A DNA stretch of 64,000 bases from Pseudomonadota bacterium (GCA_036140295.1 JAYZYL010000007.1:36459-100458); one strand, 5' to 3'. Shown: positions 39,758 through 50,747, counted from the first letter of the stretch. Translations and numbers: made by a program. Notes: generated from the sequence alone by a model not told the origin.

Positions 39758-41058
39758 ATCCTATAAATTTCAACTCCTGCTTCACGTAAAACTGAATAAA
39801 AGTTTGGGAATGAAGTATTAATGTTTAGGGTATTCGTAACTGTCACAGGTTTAGCTGATATTAATCCCGCAATTATAAAAGACATTGCAACTCTATGATC
39901 ATTAAAACTATCAATTATACCTCCACCAAACTTCCCTCCTTTAATTTTAAAAGAGTTTTCTGTGCTGCTGACCTCTATTCCTAGTTTTCTTAAACCTGCT
40001 TCCATAGATTTTATTCTATCACTCTCCTTATAGCGAAGTTCTTTAATATTAGAAAATTCTGAAACTCCAGAACAGGTGGCACATGCAATAAAAAGTATTG
40101 GTAATTCATCAATTAATTTAGAGATGATCTCTCCAGATAACTTTATTGGCTCTAATTTTGAATGCTTTACTTGAATGTCACCAGCTGGCTCAGCACCTAT
40201 CATATATTTATTAATAATTTTAATATCTGCTCCCATTTTTGTTAGCACCTCTAGTATGCCTGTCCGATGAGGGTTTAAGCCAATATTTTTTATAATAATA
40301 TTAGAGTCTTTTTTGATTAAAGCGCCAATAATAAAAAAAGCCGCAGATGAAATATCGGATGGAATTAAGATTTGCTTACATTTAAGATCTTTTCCTCCTG
40401 TAATAATAATTTTATTATTTATTCTTTCTATTGTGTGACCAAAGTATTCTAAAAGTAGTTCAGTATGGTCTCTAGTAGAGGTTATCTCTTCAATCACAGA
40501 TTGCTCATTAACAAATAGTGCCGCTAAAATCAAACAAGATTTAATTTGTGCGCTTGCTATTTCAGAACAAAAAAGAATTGATTTTATCGATTTATTAGGT
40601 TTTATATTTAGTGGAGCTTTCCCTTTATTAGAAATAATATTGGCGCCCATAGATTTTAGAGGCTCTATTATCCTCTCCATGGGCCGTCCCTGAAGTGATT
40701 TATCTCCTGTAACTATTGACTCAAAGGATTGCATTGCAAGGACACCAGTAATTAACCTCATCAATGTACCAGAATTACCCGCATCAAGTTTTTTGGTTGG
40801 TTTTTTTAATCCATTAATTCCTTTTCCTTCAACCACAAGATTATTATTATCTTTAGTAATCCGCACACCTAGTGATTGCATAATTTGAATAGTATTGTTG
40901 CAGTCTTCAGAAAATAGGGGGGATTCTATTTTAACTTTTCCTTTGCATAATGAGGCAAGTATAATCGCTCTGTGTGTAATAGATTTATCGCCAGGAATAT
41001 AGATCTCTCCAAAAATTTTTTTAGACCCATTAACTATCAAATTGTGTGAATCAACCAT
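39754..41058 (-). CDS. aroA: 3-phosphoshikimate 1-carboxyvinyltransferase (EPSP synthase)
   Basis: 434-aa ORF with PGDKSITHRA, AGNSGTLMRL and DHRVAMSF motifs. Confidence 0.94.
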   Translation of the reverse strand: MVDSHNLIVNGSKKIFGEIYIPGDKSITHRAIILASLCKGKVKIESPLFSEDCNNTIQIMQSLGVRITKDNNNLVVEGKGINGLKKPTKKLDAGNSGTLMRLITGVLAMQSFESIVTGDKSLQGRPMERIIEPLKSMGANIISNKGKAPLNIKPNKSIKSILFCSEIASAQIKSCLILAALFVNEQSVIEEITSTRDHTELLLEYFGHTIERINNKIIITGGKDLKCKQILIPSDISSAAFFIIGALIKKDSNIIIKNIGLNPHRTGILEVLTKMGADIKIINKYMIGAEPAGDIQVKHSKLEPIKLSGEIISKLIDELPILFIACATCSGVSEFSNIKELRYKESDRIKSMEAGLRKLGIEVSSTENSFKIKGGKFGGGIIDSFNDHRVAMSFIIAGLISAKPVTVTNTLNINTSFPNFYSVLREAGVEIYRI

Positions 41059-41062
41059 TGTA

Positions 41063-41911
41063 CTAGGAAAGTTTTCTTCGAGTTTTCTTGAAAAATGAAT
41101 AAAGTTTTTGAAAATTATTCTGATGAATTTGTGATTTCAAAGATTTTAAATTATTAACAAAAACATTTAGAAAGGCTATTATATTCTTTTTGTTGTATTT
41201 ACATATATCTCTCCACATAGTTGGGTCACTCTTTGCAATCCTTGCAAAATCTTTAAAACCTCCACCAGTAAAATTATGGATATTCTTAACATTCTTATTA
41301 TTACAAATAGAATTTACTAAACTATACGAAACTAAGTGCGGAACGTGACTGGTTTCAGACATAATGATGTCATGAAGAAAAGGGTTTAATATTTCTATTC
41401 TACATCCAATTTTCTTCCAAACTTTTCTAACTTGACTAAGAGCGGGCCTATCCGTTTCTTTTGTTGGAGTAATAATTACTGTTGCATTTAAAAAAAGGTT
41501 TAGAGATGCATTCTTTACACCACTTTTTTCTTTTCCTGCCAATGGATGGGATCCAACAAAACATTTTTGTTCTTCCCCAAATATGTCATCTATATCATTT
41601 AATATTGATGTCTTCGTGCTTCCAACATCTGTGATAATACAATTCTTATTTTTAAATTTTTTTATTCGTTTGAGGACACTTTTATATGCACTTATTGGAG
41701 TACTAATAATAATTAAGTCAGCTTGTTCTAAATATTTAAAATTTTTATTATCATAATCATCAATCAAACCTTTGTTTTTTGCAAATACTAGATTCTTTTT
41801 ATCCTTATCATATGCAAAAATTTTTTTTGAAATCTTATTTTTTTTGATAGATAAGGCTAAAGATCCACCTATCATACCTAATCCAAAAATATAAATTGTT
41901 TTATAAATCAT
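41063..41911 (-). CDS. tyrA: Prephenate/arogenate dehydrogenase
   Basis: 282-aa ORF with a Rossmann N-terminus (IYIFGLGMIGGSLA) and GSHPLAG. It lies in the aromatic amino-acid cluster. Confidence 0.85.
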   Translation of the reverse strand: MIYKTIYIFGLGMIGGSLALSIKKNKISKKIFAYDKDKKNLVFAKNKGLIDDYDNKNFKYLEQADLIIISTPISAYKSVLKRIKKFKNKNCIITDVGSTKTSILNDIDDIFGEEQKCFVGSHPLAGKEKSGVKNASLNLFLNATVIITPTKETDRPALSQVRKVWKKIGCRIEILNPFLHDIIMSETSHVPHLVSYSLVNSICNNKNVKNIHNFTGGGFKDFARIAKSDPTMWRDICKYNKKNIIAFLNVFVNNLKSLKSQIHQNNFQKLYSFFKKTRRKLS

Positions 41912-43019
41912 TTTTATTATTTTTTAATAATTTTTTTAATGTAGAAATGAACCTTCTATTCTCATTATCTTTTCCGACAGTAATCCTTAAATAATCTTTT
42001 AGGTCATAATTGTCGAGAGGTCTAACTATAATTCCATTTGCCAATAATTTATTATAAATATTAATTGCCCTTGATCCTAACTTAAAGGTTAGGAAATTTC
42101 CATACGTTCCTAAATAGTCAATTCCTAATTTATCAAATTCATTCTTAATATAATTCATTCCAGCAGCATTATCTTTCAAGCTTTTTGAAATATATTTCTT
42201 ATCTTTTAAGCATTCAGCAGCCAATAACTGAGCAAAAGTATTTACATTAAATGGGTGTCTATAATAATTGAGGGTTTTGATTATTTTTTTTGACCCAATT
42301 CCATAGCCCACACGAAGTCCTGCAAGAGCATAAATTTTTGAAAATGTTCTAGTAACAATTAGATTTGGATATTTTTCTAAAATTGATAATCCACTATATT
42401 TTTTTTGATATTCAGCATATTCTGCATATGCTTCATCAAGCACAACAATTATCTTTTTAGAAATATTTTTCATGAATGAATCTATTTCTTCTATGTCTAA
42501 AATTGTTCCTGTAGGATTATTCGGGTTTGCTATAAAAATTAATCTTGTTTTTTTATTAATTTTTTCTAAAATCGCAGACAGATCAGTTCCAAGATATTGC
42601 TTACTCTTTAATTTTATTGGTGATGTTTCAATAATTTTTGCATTCATTATATTTGCAACAATTCTGTAAACTAAAAATGAATGTTTTGCAAAAATAACTT
42701 CACTATCTGATGACAAATATGCTCTTGCTGCAAAATCTAAAATTTCATTTGACCCATTTCCAACAATTAAATTATCAATGGTCAGTGACTTTTTTTTAAA
42801 TTTTTTAACTAGCTGTAGTTTAAGTGTTAAAGAATCACTATCTGGGTATCTATTTAGTTCATTAATTTTTTTGTTAGCATTTCTTATTGCATTGGGGCTA
42901 GGTCCAATAGGGTTTTCATTTGAAGCAAGTTTTATTACATTTTTAATATTATATTCCTTTTCCACAGAACTAATATTCCTACCTGCTTTATATGTAAAGG
43001 TTGATATTTTTTTATTCAT
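41901..43019 (-). CDS. hisC: Histidinol-phosphate/aromatic aminotransferase (HisC family)
   Basis: 372-aa ORF with LASNENP, NPNNPTG and the PLP-Lys context TFSKIYALAGLRVGY. It lies between pheA and tyrA. Confidence 0.88.
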   Translation of the reverse strand: MNKKISTFTYKAGRNISSVEKEYNIKNVIKLASNENPIGPSPNAIRNANKKINELNRYPDSDSLTLKLQLVKKFKKKSLTIDNLIVGNGSNEILDFAARAYLSSDSEVIFAKHSFLVYRIVANIMNAKIIETSPIKLKSKQYLGTDLSAILEKINKKTRLIFIANPNNPTGTILDIEEIDSFMKNISKKIIVVLDEAYAEYAEYQKKYSGLSILEKYPNLIVTRTFSKIYALAGLRVGYGIGSKKIIKTLNYYRHPFNVNTFAQLLAAECLKDKKYISKSLKDNAAGMNYIKNEFDKLGIDYLGTYGNFLTFKLGSRAINIYNKLLANGIIVRPLDNYDLKDYLRITVGKDNENRRFISTLKKLLKNNKNDL

Positions 43020-43029
43020 TTTTTTTGTT

Positions 43030-44118
43030 TTAGATACTTTTAGGATATGAACCTAGGTTTTTATAAAAAGTGCTCCTCCTTTTAATAGAATTCAATGCTT
43101 TTTTAATCTTAGGTTCTTCGCTATGTCCATCAATATCTAAAAAGAACATATATTCCCAGTTTTTTCTCTTTGTTGGAACCGATTCGATTTTAGTCATGCT
43201 TATACTATTTTTTGATAGTGGTTGTAAAAGTGAGTAAAGTGAGCCTGGTTTATTAGAAGCAGAAACCACAATAGAAGTTTTGTCATCCTTACTTATACCG
43301 ACAGTGTCATTTCCTATAATAATAAATCTAGTGACATTATTACTAAAATCTTGAATATTCTTTTTTAAAACATGTAATTTATATTCATCAGCACAGTTTT
43401 CGCTAGCAATAGCTGCTGAATTTTTTTTCAGTCGAGCTTTTTTTGCAGCTTCTGAGTTACTTGAAACAATTATCCTTTTACAATTACGAAGATTTTTATC
43501 TATCCAATCCTTACATTGTAAAAACGTTTGTTCATGAGCATATATTTCTGAGATTGATGAAATATTTTTCAGCTTTGACAATAAAAAATGTTTCACATCC
43601 AAGTTTATCTCTCCACAAATCATAATTGACTTATCAATTAATAATTCAAGGGTTTGTGAAATACTTCCTTGATTTGAATTTTCAATCGGTACAACACCAT
43701 AATTAACTGTATTTGAAATTACATCATTAAATATATCAATGATTGAATCTCTACATACTGGTGAAACCATACTTCCAAAAAATTTCTTTAATGCTAAATT
43801 ACTGAAAGAACCTGTGGGGCCTAGATATGAAACATTAATATTAGTTTCAAGTGACAGGCATGACGAGATTATCTCTTTGTATATTATTTCTAAACTGCTA
43901 TTTGTTAATGGGCCTTTGTTTAATTTTATAATATCTCTAATGATTTGTGATTCCCTTTCTGGCCTAAAGATATTTTTATTATTAGAGTCAGATTTTACTT
44001 GTGCTATTTTTTTGGCAATAGCAGCTCTTTTGTTTAACAAATTTAAAGATTTGACATCAATCTGATCAATTTGATTACGTAATTTTTGAAGTGCTTTTGA
44101 TCGGGAGGTTTTCTTCAT
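43030..44118 (-). CDS. pheA: Bifunctional chorismate mutase/prephenate dehydratase (P-protein)
   Basis: 362-aa ORF with an N-terminal CM domain (LRNQIDQIDVKSLNLLNKRA), a PDT domain (VSYLGPTGSFS, TRFIIIG), and an ACT domain with IESVPTK. Confidence 0.92.
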   Translation of the reverse strand: MKKTSRSKALQKLRNQIDQIDVKSLNLLNKRAAIAKKIAQVKSDSNNKNIFRPERESQIIRDIIKLNKGPLTNSSLEIIYKEIISSCLSLETNINVSYLGPTGSFSNLALKKFFGSMVSPVCRDSIIDIFNDVISNTVNYGVVPIENSNQGSISQTLELLIDKSIMICGEINLDVKHFLLSKLKNISSISEIYAHEQTFLQCKDWIDKNLRNCKRIIVSSNSEAAKKARLKKNSAAIASENCADEYKLHVLKKNIQDFSNNVTRFIIIGNDTVGISKDDKTSIVVSASNKPGSLYSLLQPLSKNSISMTKIESVPTKRKNWEYMFFLDIDGHSEEPKIKKALNSIKRRSTFYKNLGSYPKSI

Positions 44119-46655
44119 TATAAATTTTTTGACATATTTTCATTTGATATAGCAACAAGTTTCTCATCTTCTTGTAGTACTTGCAATCGGACACCTTGCG
44201 TGTTTCTACCAATTATTGGTATATCATCTACTGCAATTTTAATTGTTTTTCCTTTATTGGTAATCAAGATTATATTATCTCCGGCCTGTGTATTAACGGC
44301 CCCAACAACCTTTCCATTTCTTTTGCTAGGTTTTATGCCAATCACACCCATGCCACCTCGTTTTTGGATATTATAGTTATTGGTTATTACACGATTCCCA
44401 TAACCATTTTCCGTAACTGTAACAATCTCACCCATTTCTGGAGCAAGAATTGATCTTAATTTAACACTTGGTGGTAAATTTATTCCTTTTACTCCTAAAG
44501 TTCCACGGAACCTACCTCGAATATCAGTTTCAACAAATTTTATTGCTTTTCCATTGTCAGCAACTAGCATAATTTTGTTCTTACCACTCGTATATAATGC
44601 ACCTAATAATTCATCCTTTGGTTTTAATGAAATTGCCTTTAATCCAGTATTTCTTATCTTCTTAAAAAGACTAATAGATATTTTATTAATCATTCCTAAC
44701 TTGGTTGAAAAAAATAAATATCCCTCTTCATCAAATGATTTAATCACTACAAATGTGCTAATTTGTTCATCATTTTTTAATGGCAATACGTTGTTAATTG
44801 GTCTTCCTCTTGCTTGACGACTAGGGTCAGGTAAATCAAAAACCCTTATAGCATAAACCTTTCCATATGTAGAAAAGCAAAGTAGTACATCATGGGTATG
44901 AGCTTTACAAAGTAGTTTCGCCTCATCACCCTCTTTAAATCTTGTCGCATTTATACCTCTTCCACCCCTTTTTTGGTTTTTAAATTCACTTAGAGGAAGA
45001 CGTTTTACATAGTCTTCCTTTGTCAAAACAACTATGACTTCTTGTTTTTTGATTAAATCTTCTTTTTTTACCTCACCTTCATCTAAAGTGATAGATGATC
45101 TTCTTTTTTCTCCATACTCGCTCTTAATTTCTTCTAACTCTTTTTTCATTACCGAATCAAGTTCTTTTGATTCAGAAAGAATTTTTATATATTTTTTTAT
45201 TTCTTCTATTGTTTCTTCATATTCACTAAAAATTTTTTCTTGCTCAAGACCTGTTAGTTTTTGTAGTCGTAAATCTAATATTGCTTGTGCTTGCGTTGGA
45301 GATAATTTATATATTTTGTCAATTAATCCATACTTCTCCTCTTGCTTTACAAAGCTATATGTTTTTTTATCAACATTTCCTAGTAATTTCTTTAATTTAT
45401 CAGGATTCCATTTAGTTTTTAGCAGACGGTCTTTTGCTTCAGATGTATTTTTTGATGTTTTAATTAGCGATATAATATTATCAACATTTAAAAGAGCAAT
45501 ACCTAATCCTTCTAATAAGTGAGATTTATTTTTTGTTTTATTGAGATCATATAGTGTTCTTTTTGTTATAACCTCTCTTCGATGTCTGATAAATTCTGTT
45601 AAGATTTCAGGAAAGCTAAGTGTCTGTGGTTCACCATCAACCAAGCATACCATATTGACTGAATATGAAATTTGCATATTAGTATGTTTATATAGTGATC
45701 CAAGAACTACATCATGTTGTTCTCCTCTTTTAAGCTCTATCACTAGTCTCATACCATCTTTGTCAGATTCATCTCTTAATTGGCTGATTTCATTAATTTT
45801 TTTGTCTCTAACAAGTTGAGCAATATTTTCAATCAGTCTGGCTTTATTAACTTGATAGGGTAATTCAGTTACCACAATTGAATCTCTTTCGTTATCTTTT
45901 TTTTCTATAAAATGTTTAGATCTAATTTTAAAAGAACCCTTTCCAGTTGATAGGGCATCCAGCACACCTCCATCATTTTTTATTTCACCACCAGTTGGAA
46001 AATCAGGTCCCAATAAATTAACTTTATTGATCAGTTCTTCAATATTTTCTATATTTGATAACTTTGGAGAGTCTATAATTGCAATAGCAGCATTAATAGT
46101 TTCTTCAAGATTATGAGGGGGGATATTTGTTGCCATACCAACAGCAATGCCCGTAGAACCATTTATTAATAAGTTTGGGATACGTGTTGGTAAAACTATA
46201 GGTTCTTTTTCTGTGCCATCATAGTTTGGTGAAAAATCTACAGTATCTTTATCAATATCAGCAAGAAGACCTTGAGATAATTTTGCCATTCTTACCTCTG
46301 TATACCGCATTGCTGCTGGTGCATCACCATCTACTGATCCAAAATTACCTTGTCCATCAATCAACGGGTGTCGCATAGAAAAGGGCTGTGCAAGGCGAAC
46401 TATTGTATCATAAACAGCAGAATCACCATGAGGGTGATATTTACCTATCACATCACCAACTATCCTAGCTGATTTTTTATATGCCTTATTCCAATTATTA
46501 TTTAATTCATGCATCGAAAATAATACCCTACGATGCACTGGTTTAAGCCCGTCTCTAACATCAGGCAAAGCTCTACCAACAATTACGCTCATGGCATAAT
46601 CTAGGTATGATTGCTCCATTTCTTGTTCAAGCTTTATTTCTTGGTTTTCAGACAT
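44118..46655 (-). CDS. gyrA: DNA gyrase subunit A
   Basis: 845-aa ORF with [11 protein letters not shown], a QRDR reading [17 protein letters not shown] (Ser/Asp at the E. coli 83/87 equivalents), active-site AAMRYTE, and C-terminal beta-pinwheel repeats. Confidence 0.96.
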   Translation of the reverse strand: MSENQEIKLEQEMEQSYLDYAMSVIVGRALPDVRDGLKPVHRRVLFSMHELNNNWNKAYKKSARIVGDVIGKYHPHGDSAVYDTIVRLAQPFSMRHPLIDGQGNFGSVDGDAPAAMRYTEVRMAKLSQGLLADIDKDTVDFSPNYDGTEKEPIVLPTRIPNLLINGSTGIAVGMATNIPPHNLEETINAAIAIIDSPKLSNIENIEELINKVNLLGPDFPTGGEIKNDGGVLDALSTGKGSFKIRSKHFIEKKDNERDSIVVTELPYQVNKARLIENIAQLVRDKKINEISQLRDESDKDGMRLVIELKRGEQHDVVLGSLYKHTNMQISYSVNMVCLVDGEPQTLSFPEILTEFIRHRREVITKRTLYDLNKTKNKSHLLEGLGIALLNVDNIISLIKTSKNTSEAKDRLLKTKWNPDKLKKLLGNVDKKTYSFVKQEEKYGLIDKIYKLSPTQAQAILDLRLQKLTGLEQEKIFSEYEETIEEIKKYIKILSESKELDSVMKKELEEIKSEYGEKRRSSITLDEGEVKKEDLIKKQEVIVVLTKEDYVKRLPLSEFKNQKRGGRGINATRFKEGDEAKLLCKAHTHDVLLCFSTYGKVYAIRVFDLPDPSRQARGRPINNVLPLKNDEQISTFVVIKSFDEEGYLFFSTKLGMINKISISLFKKIRNTGLKAISLKPKDELLGALYTSGKNKIMLVADNGKAIKFVETDIRGRFRGTLGVKGINLPPSVKLRSILAPEMGEIVTVTENGYGNRVITNNYNIQKRGGMGVIGIKPSKRNGKVVGAVNTQAGDNIILITNKGKTIKIAVDDIPIIGRNTQGVRLQVLQEDEKLVAISNENMSKNL

Positions 46656-46770
46656 ATATCGTTGTTAATCACAGAACTGCTCTAAAACAGTATTTTATCA
46701 TAATCCCGATGTATACACGAGCCAATTTATAAATAAGCAAAAATAGCCAAAAAATCGTTGTAGAAGCGAA

Positions 46771-46800
46771 TTGACTTAAGATAGGAAACAATTTTATAAA
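46771..46800 (+). promoter_or_regulatory. Candidate sigma70 promoter for ubiG (TTGACT-N18-TATAAA)
   Basis: These hexamers were read by eye in the 182-nt gyrA/ubiG divergent gap, about 38 nt upstream of the ubiG ATG. Confidence 0.35.
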
Positions 46801-46837
46801 AAGATGGTATTATTAAGAGTCAAAGATTATTAAAGCA

Positions 46838-47542
46838 ATGAATGTCGAAAAAGAAGAAATTTTAAACTTTGAAACTCATGCACATGAATGGTGGAATACA
46901 AGAGGTCCATACAAGCTCTTGCATAAACTAAATCCACTGCGATTAAAATTTATTACTGACAGAGTTAATATAAGTGGTCTAAGTATCCTGGATGTTGGTT
47001 GTGGAGGCGGTCTTCTATCAGAAGAGCTAGCTAAAAAAGGTGCGATTGTTACAAGTATTGATGCTTCAGAAAAAACTATATTAATTGCAAAAGATCATGC
47101 GAAAGAGTCTAATCTTAAAATTGATTATCAATGTACTACTCTTGATAAATATATACAAAAATCAAGAAAAAAATTTGATTGTGTAGTTTGTTTTGAATTA
47201 ATTGAGCATGTACCAGATCCAAAAAAATTGTTAGAAGATATGAATACTATATCAAAAAAAAATTCAAAGATTTTTTTATCTACTATTAATAGAAATATTC
47301 AATCTTTCCTCTTTGCTAAAGTATTAGCAGAATATTTCCTCAAAATTATCCCAAGAGGTACACATAAGTATAATAAGTTTGTCAAACCATCTGAAATCTC
47401 AAGGACTCTTGAAGAATTAGATTATGTTGTTAAAGAAATTATTGGAATGATATTGAACCCTTTGACATTTAAATTTGAACTATCTTCATTTACAAATGTA
47501 AATTATTTTCTTTATGCAGAAAAAAATAAAAAACAGAATTGA
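46838..47542 (+). CDS. ubiG: Ubiquinone biosynthesis O-methyltransferase
   Basis: 234-aa ORF with FETHAHEWWN at the N-terminus and SAM motif I ILDVGCGGGLLSE. It is divergent from gyrA as in several gammaproteobacteria. Confidence 0.9.
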   Translation: MNVEKEEILNFETHAHEWWNTRGPYKLLHKLNPLRLKFITDRVNISGLSILDVGCGGGLLSEELAKKGAIVTSIDASEKTILIAKDHAKESNLKIDYQCTTLDKYIQKSRKKFDCVVCFELIEHVPDPKKLLEDMNTISKKNSKIFLSTINRNIQSFLFAKVLAEYFLKIIPRGTHKYNKFVKPSEISRTLEELDYVVKEIIGMILNPLTFKFELSSFTNVNYFLYAEKNKKQN

Positions 47543-48188
47543 TGCAATCCTTTTTGATCTTGATGGAACATTTGTTGATACATCAAAAGATATGTGCCAT
47601 GTCCTTAATGTTATATTGATGGAAAATAATTTAGAGGAAGTAAATTCTGAAGATCTTAAATATCATATTTCAAAAGGAGCTGCTGGCATTATTGAGTTTG
47701 GTTGTAAAAATAATGTTGATAAAATCAAAAAAAATCAATTAAAAGAGAAGTTTCTTAATTTATATGAGTCACATGTCTGTGTTCATTCTCATTTGATAGA
47801 AGGAATGAGTGAGGTAATTGAAAACTTTGAAATTAATAAAATTGCTTGGGGAATTGTAACAAATAAACATGCAAGATTTGCAAATACTATACTTGATAAA
47901 TTAGGATATTTAAAAAAACTTGATTGTCTTATAACTGGTGATATGGTTCAACAAAGTAAACCAAGCCCTGATAGTCTTATATTAGCTAAAACAAAATTGA
48001 ATAAAGATTTTCAAAATATAATCTATGTTGGAGATGACAGGAGAGATATTCTAGCTGGTAAAGAAGCAGGAATGATAACTGTAGCTGCGGATTTTGGTTT
48101 TGTCTTCAACAAATCAATTATTCCATCCTGGGAAGCTGATTATATAATTAATGAACCCTCTCAGCTCTTAGAAATAATTAATCATTGA
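47514..48188 (+). CDS. HAD-superfamily phosphatase (phosphoglycolate phosphatase / MupP-like)
   Basis: 224-aa ORF with HAD motif I AILFDLDGTFVDT, motif II IVTNK, and motif III/IV SKPSPD...VGDDRRDILAGKEAGM. It follows ubiG with a 29-nt overlap. Confidence 0.8.
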   Translation: MQKKIKNRIDAILFDLDGTFVDTSKDMCHVLNVILMENNLEEVNSEDLKYHISKGAAGIIEFGCKNNVDKIKKNQLKEKFLNLYESHVCVHSHLIEGMSEVIENFEINKIAWGIVTNKHARFANTILDKLGYLKKLDCLITGDMVQQSKPSPDSLILAKTKLNKDFQNIIYVGDDRRDILAGKEAGMITVAADFGFVFNKSIIPSWEADYIINEPSQLLEIINH

Positions 48189-48750
48189 TAATTATTACAG
48201 GTGTTCCAATATCAACTTGTTGAAAAAGGTTTATAATATCTTCATTTTTCATTCTTATACATCCATGAGAGACTGGAGTTCCTATTTCTTTTTCATGTGG
48301 TGTTCCATGTATATAGATGTATCTTGAAAAAGTATCTACATTACCTCCAAGATTTACTTCTGGCTCGGCCCCACAAAGCCAAATAATTCTTGTTGTTATT
48401 AGATCTTCATCTGGAATATTTTCTAGGTCATATTTATTTGTTGGTTGTCGAGCCTTAAATACTGTATATTTTGGTTGCCCCTCTCCTATTTTTTCTGAAA
48501 CAGTATGGATCCCGATTGGTGTTTTAAAGGAACCATCATCATTGCCAATACCATATTTTGATGTAGAGATATAGGTTTCAAAACATATATTTTCTTTCTC
48601 AAATAAGAATATTTTTTGTTTAGAAATTATTATAACAAGAAGCTTATCTGTCTTTTCTAAAATCTCACTTTTGTGTTGATTTTGATGGTTTCTCAAAATT
48701 TCTTTTGCTTTAGCAAGGAGCGTGTTAATCTCTGACATCTTAATAAACAA
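48178..48750 (-). CDS. L,D-transpeptidase catalytic-domain (YkuD) protein without an obvious signal peptide
   Basis: 190-aa ORF with the YkuD active site YIHGTPHEKEIGTPVSHGCIRM. The N-terminus MFIKMSEINTLLAKAKEILRNHQNQ is hydrophilic. An alternative start is Met5 at 48738. Confidence 0.8.
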   Translation of the reverse strand: MFIKMSEINTLLAKAKEILRNHQNQHKSEILEKTDKLLVIIISKQKIFLFEKENICFETYISTSKYGIGNDDGSFKTPIGIHTVSEKIGEGQPKYTVFKARQPTNKYDLENIPDEDLITTRIIWLCGAEPEVNLGGNVDTFSRYIYIHGTPHEKEIGTPVSHGCIRMKNEDIINLFQQVDIGTPVIIIND

Positions 48751-50245
48751 TTACATCTTCAGATATATCAATTGGTTGATTTTGTTTTGATGCATCATTT
48801 CTAACATTATCTAGTTCTTTCAAATAATCTTGAGTCACGTCTTCTGTCACATACTGACCATCAAAGCAAGAGGCATCAAATTTTTGAATTGAAGAATTAT
48901 CTCCTTTAACTGATGATATTAAGTCATCAAGATTCTGATAGAATAATTTATCTGCTCCAATAAATTTAGATATTTCTTTTTCAGACTTTTCATACGCAAC
49001 AAATTCGTTACTAGCTGGCATATCAATTCCATACACATTTGGAAATTTAACTGGGGGGGCCGCAGAGGCCATATAAACTTTTTTTGCTCCAGCTTCTCTT
49101 GCCATTTCAATAATTTGTTTAGAGGTAGTGCCTCTCACTATTGAATCATCTACTAATAAAACATTTTTTCCTTCAAATTCTGATGTTATAGCATTTAGTT
49201 TTCTTTTCACAGACTGTATACGTTGTATCTGTTCAGGCATAATAAATGTTCTCCCTATATATCGGTTTTTTATAAATCCTTCACGGAATGGAACTTTTAA
49301 AGAGGTAGATAATTCAAGTGCAGCTATCCTGCTTGTATCTGGTATTGGTATGACTGTATCAATATCATGGTTTTTCCATTCTTTTTTTATTCTTTTTGCA
49401 AGGTTTTGTCCCATCCTCATTCTTGATCTATAAACTGATATGCCGTCAAGTATTGTATCTGGTCTAGCAAAATATACATATTCAAAAATACAAGGAGTAT
49501 GTCCTGTTTTATCTGAACACATACGTGTGTGAAGTTTCCCATTTAAATCAATAAATATTGCTTCTCCAGGTTTAACGTCACGCACTAATTTATATCCTGT
49601 TGAATCTAAGGCAACTGATTCAGAAGCAATCATTGTTTCTGTAAATCCATCAACTTTTCTTTCTCCAAAACATAATGGTCTTATGCCCATAGGGTCTCTA
49701 AAAGCAACTATTCCTCTATCAGCTATCAAGGCTACAACTGAATAGGCTCCTTTAACTCTTCTGTGAACTCCAGCAACGGCATAAAAAACATCATCAGGTG
49801 TAAAATCATCTTTTCCATGTAACTGTAATTCATGGGCAAAAATATTTAAAAGAATCTCTGAATCAGATTTAGTGTTTATATGTCTTAGATCTTCACTAAA
49901 AAGATTATCTTTTAACGTAGATGAATTTATTAAGTTACCGTTATGTGCAAGTCCAATGCCATATGGTGAATTAACATAAAAAGGTTGAGCTTCTGCAGAA
50001 CTTGCAGCGTGTCCAGCGGTAGGGTATCGAACGTGTCCTATGCCTAAATTTCCTTTCAGTCTATTGATATGTCTATGACTAAAACCGTCTCTTACCAAAC
50101 CTAATGATTTTCTAAGAGCTATTTTCCCGTCATAGTTAGTTAGTATACCTGATGCATCTTGGCCACGGTGTTGTAATACGGTAAGCGATTCATATATATC
50201 ATGAACCACTTGTTTCTTTCCATAAACTGCGACGATACCGCACAT
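48740..50245 (-). CDS. purF: Amidophosphoribosyltransferase
   Basis: 501-aa ORF with the N-terminal nucleophile MCGIV, HNGNLIN, and PRTase motif VLLVDDSIVRGTT. Confidence 0.96.
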   Translation of the reverse strand: MCGIVAVYGKKQVVHDIYESLTVLQHRGQDASGILTNYDGKIALRKSLGLVRDGFSHRHINRLKGNLGIGHVRYPTAGHAASSAEAQPFYVNSPYGIGLAHNGNLINSSTLKDNLFSEDLRHINTKSDSEILLNIFAHELQLHGKDDFTPDDVFYAVAGVHRRVKGAYSVVALIADRGIVAFRDPMGIRPLCFGERKVDGFTETMIASESVALDSTGYKLVRDVKPGEAIFIDLNGKLHTRMCSDKTGHTPCIFEYVYFARPDTILDGISVYRSRMRMGQNLAKRIKKEWKNHDIDTVIPIPDTSRIAALELSTSLKVPFREGFIKNRYIGRTFIMPEQIQRIQSVKRKLNAITSEFEGKNVLLVDDSIVRGTTSKQIIEMAREAGAKKVYMASAAPPVKFPNVYGIDMPASNEFVAYEKSEKEISKFIGADKLFYQNLDDLISSVKGDNSSIQKFDASCFDGQYVTEDVTQDYLKELDNVRNDASKQNQPIDISEDVIVY

Positions 50246-50255
50246 ATGCTATATA

Positions 50256-50747
50256 TTATATTTTTAAGTTAAAACTATCAAAGAATGTATCATGTGATTT
50301 TATAAATTTATCAATGAAATCATCAAAAAAAGGTATAAATTGTGATTCATTCCAGTAAATACTAGATTCAAATTCTGTTAAGCTCAGAATATATACAATA
50401 ATTAAAATAAATATATTCCCCTTAATAAAGCCTGCAAATAGTCCTAATATTCTGTTTGAATATGCAAATCCTAGTATTTTTACCAATTGGGAGAGAAAAA
50501 ATCCCAAAAAGATTGATACCAGGAAGGCAATAAAAAAAATCAAAGCAAAGGAGAGAATGTTTGATATTTCAGGGGAGCCTATAAAATTTGAAATGTATTC
50601 AGTAGGAATATGATTATAATTAATCGAAAAATATAATGCAAAAAACCAACAAAAAAGTGAGATTAATTCACTTACAAACCCTTTTGACAAACCAATTATT
50701 GTCCAAAAAGTAATAAACAATATTATTGTGATATCAATTATAGCCAT
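50256..50747 (-). CDS. cvpA: Colicin V production membrane protein CvpA
   Basis: 163-aa ORF with four TM segments. It has the conserved position immediately upstream of purF. Confidence 0.85.
   Translation of the reverse strand: MAIIDITIILFITFWTIIGLSKGFVSELISLFCWFFALYFSINYNHIPTEYISNFIGSPEISNILSFALIFFIAFLVSIFLGFFLSQLVKILGFAYSNRILGLFAGFIKGNIFILIIVYILSLTEFESSIYWNESQFIPFFDDFIDKFIKSHDTFFDSFNLKI

Noticed and set aside
45034-45819. A 162-aa ORF and a 92-aa + strand ORF lie antisense to gyrA. Others occur at 44181-44817.
   Set aside because: These are antisense frames of a highly conserved gene, and the translations are Ser/Phe/Leu-rich low complexity.
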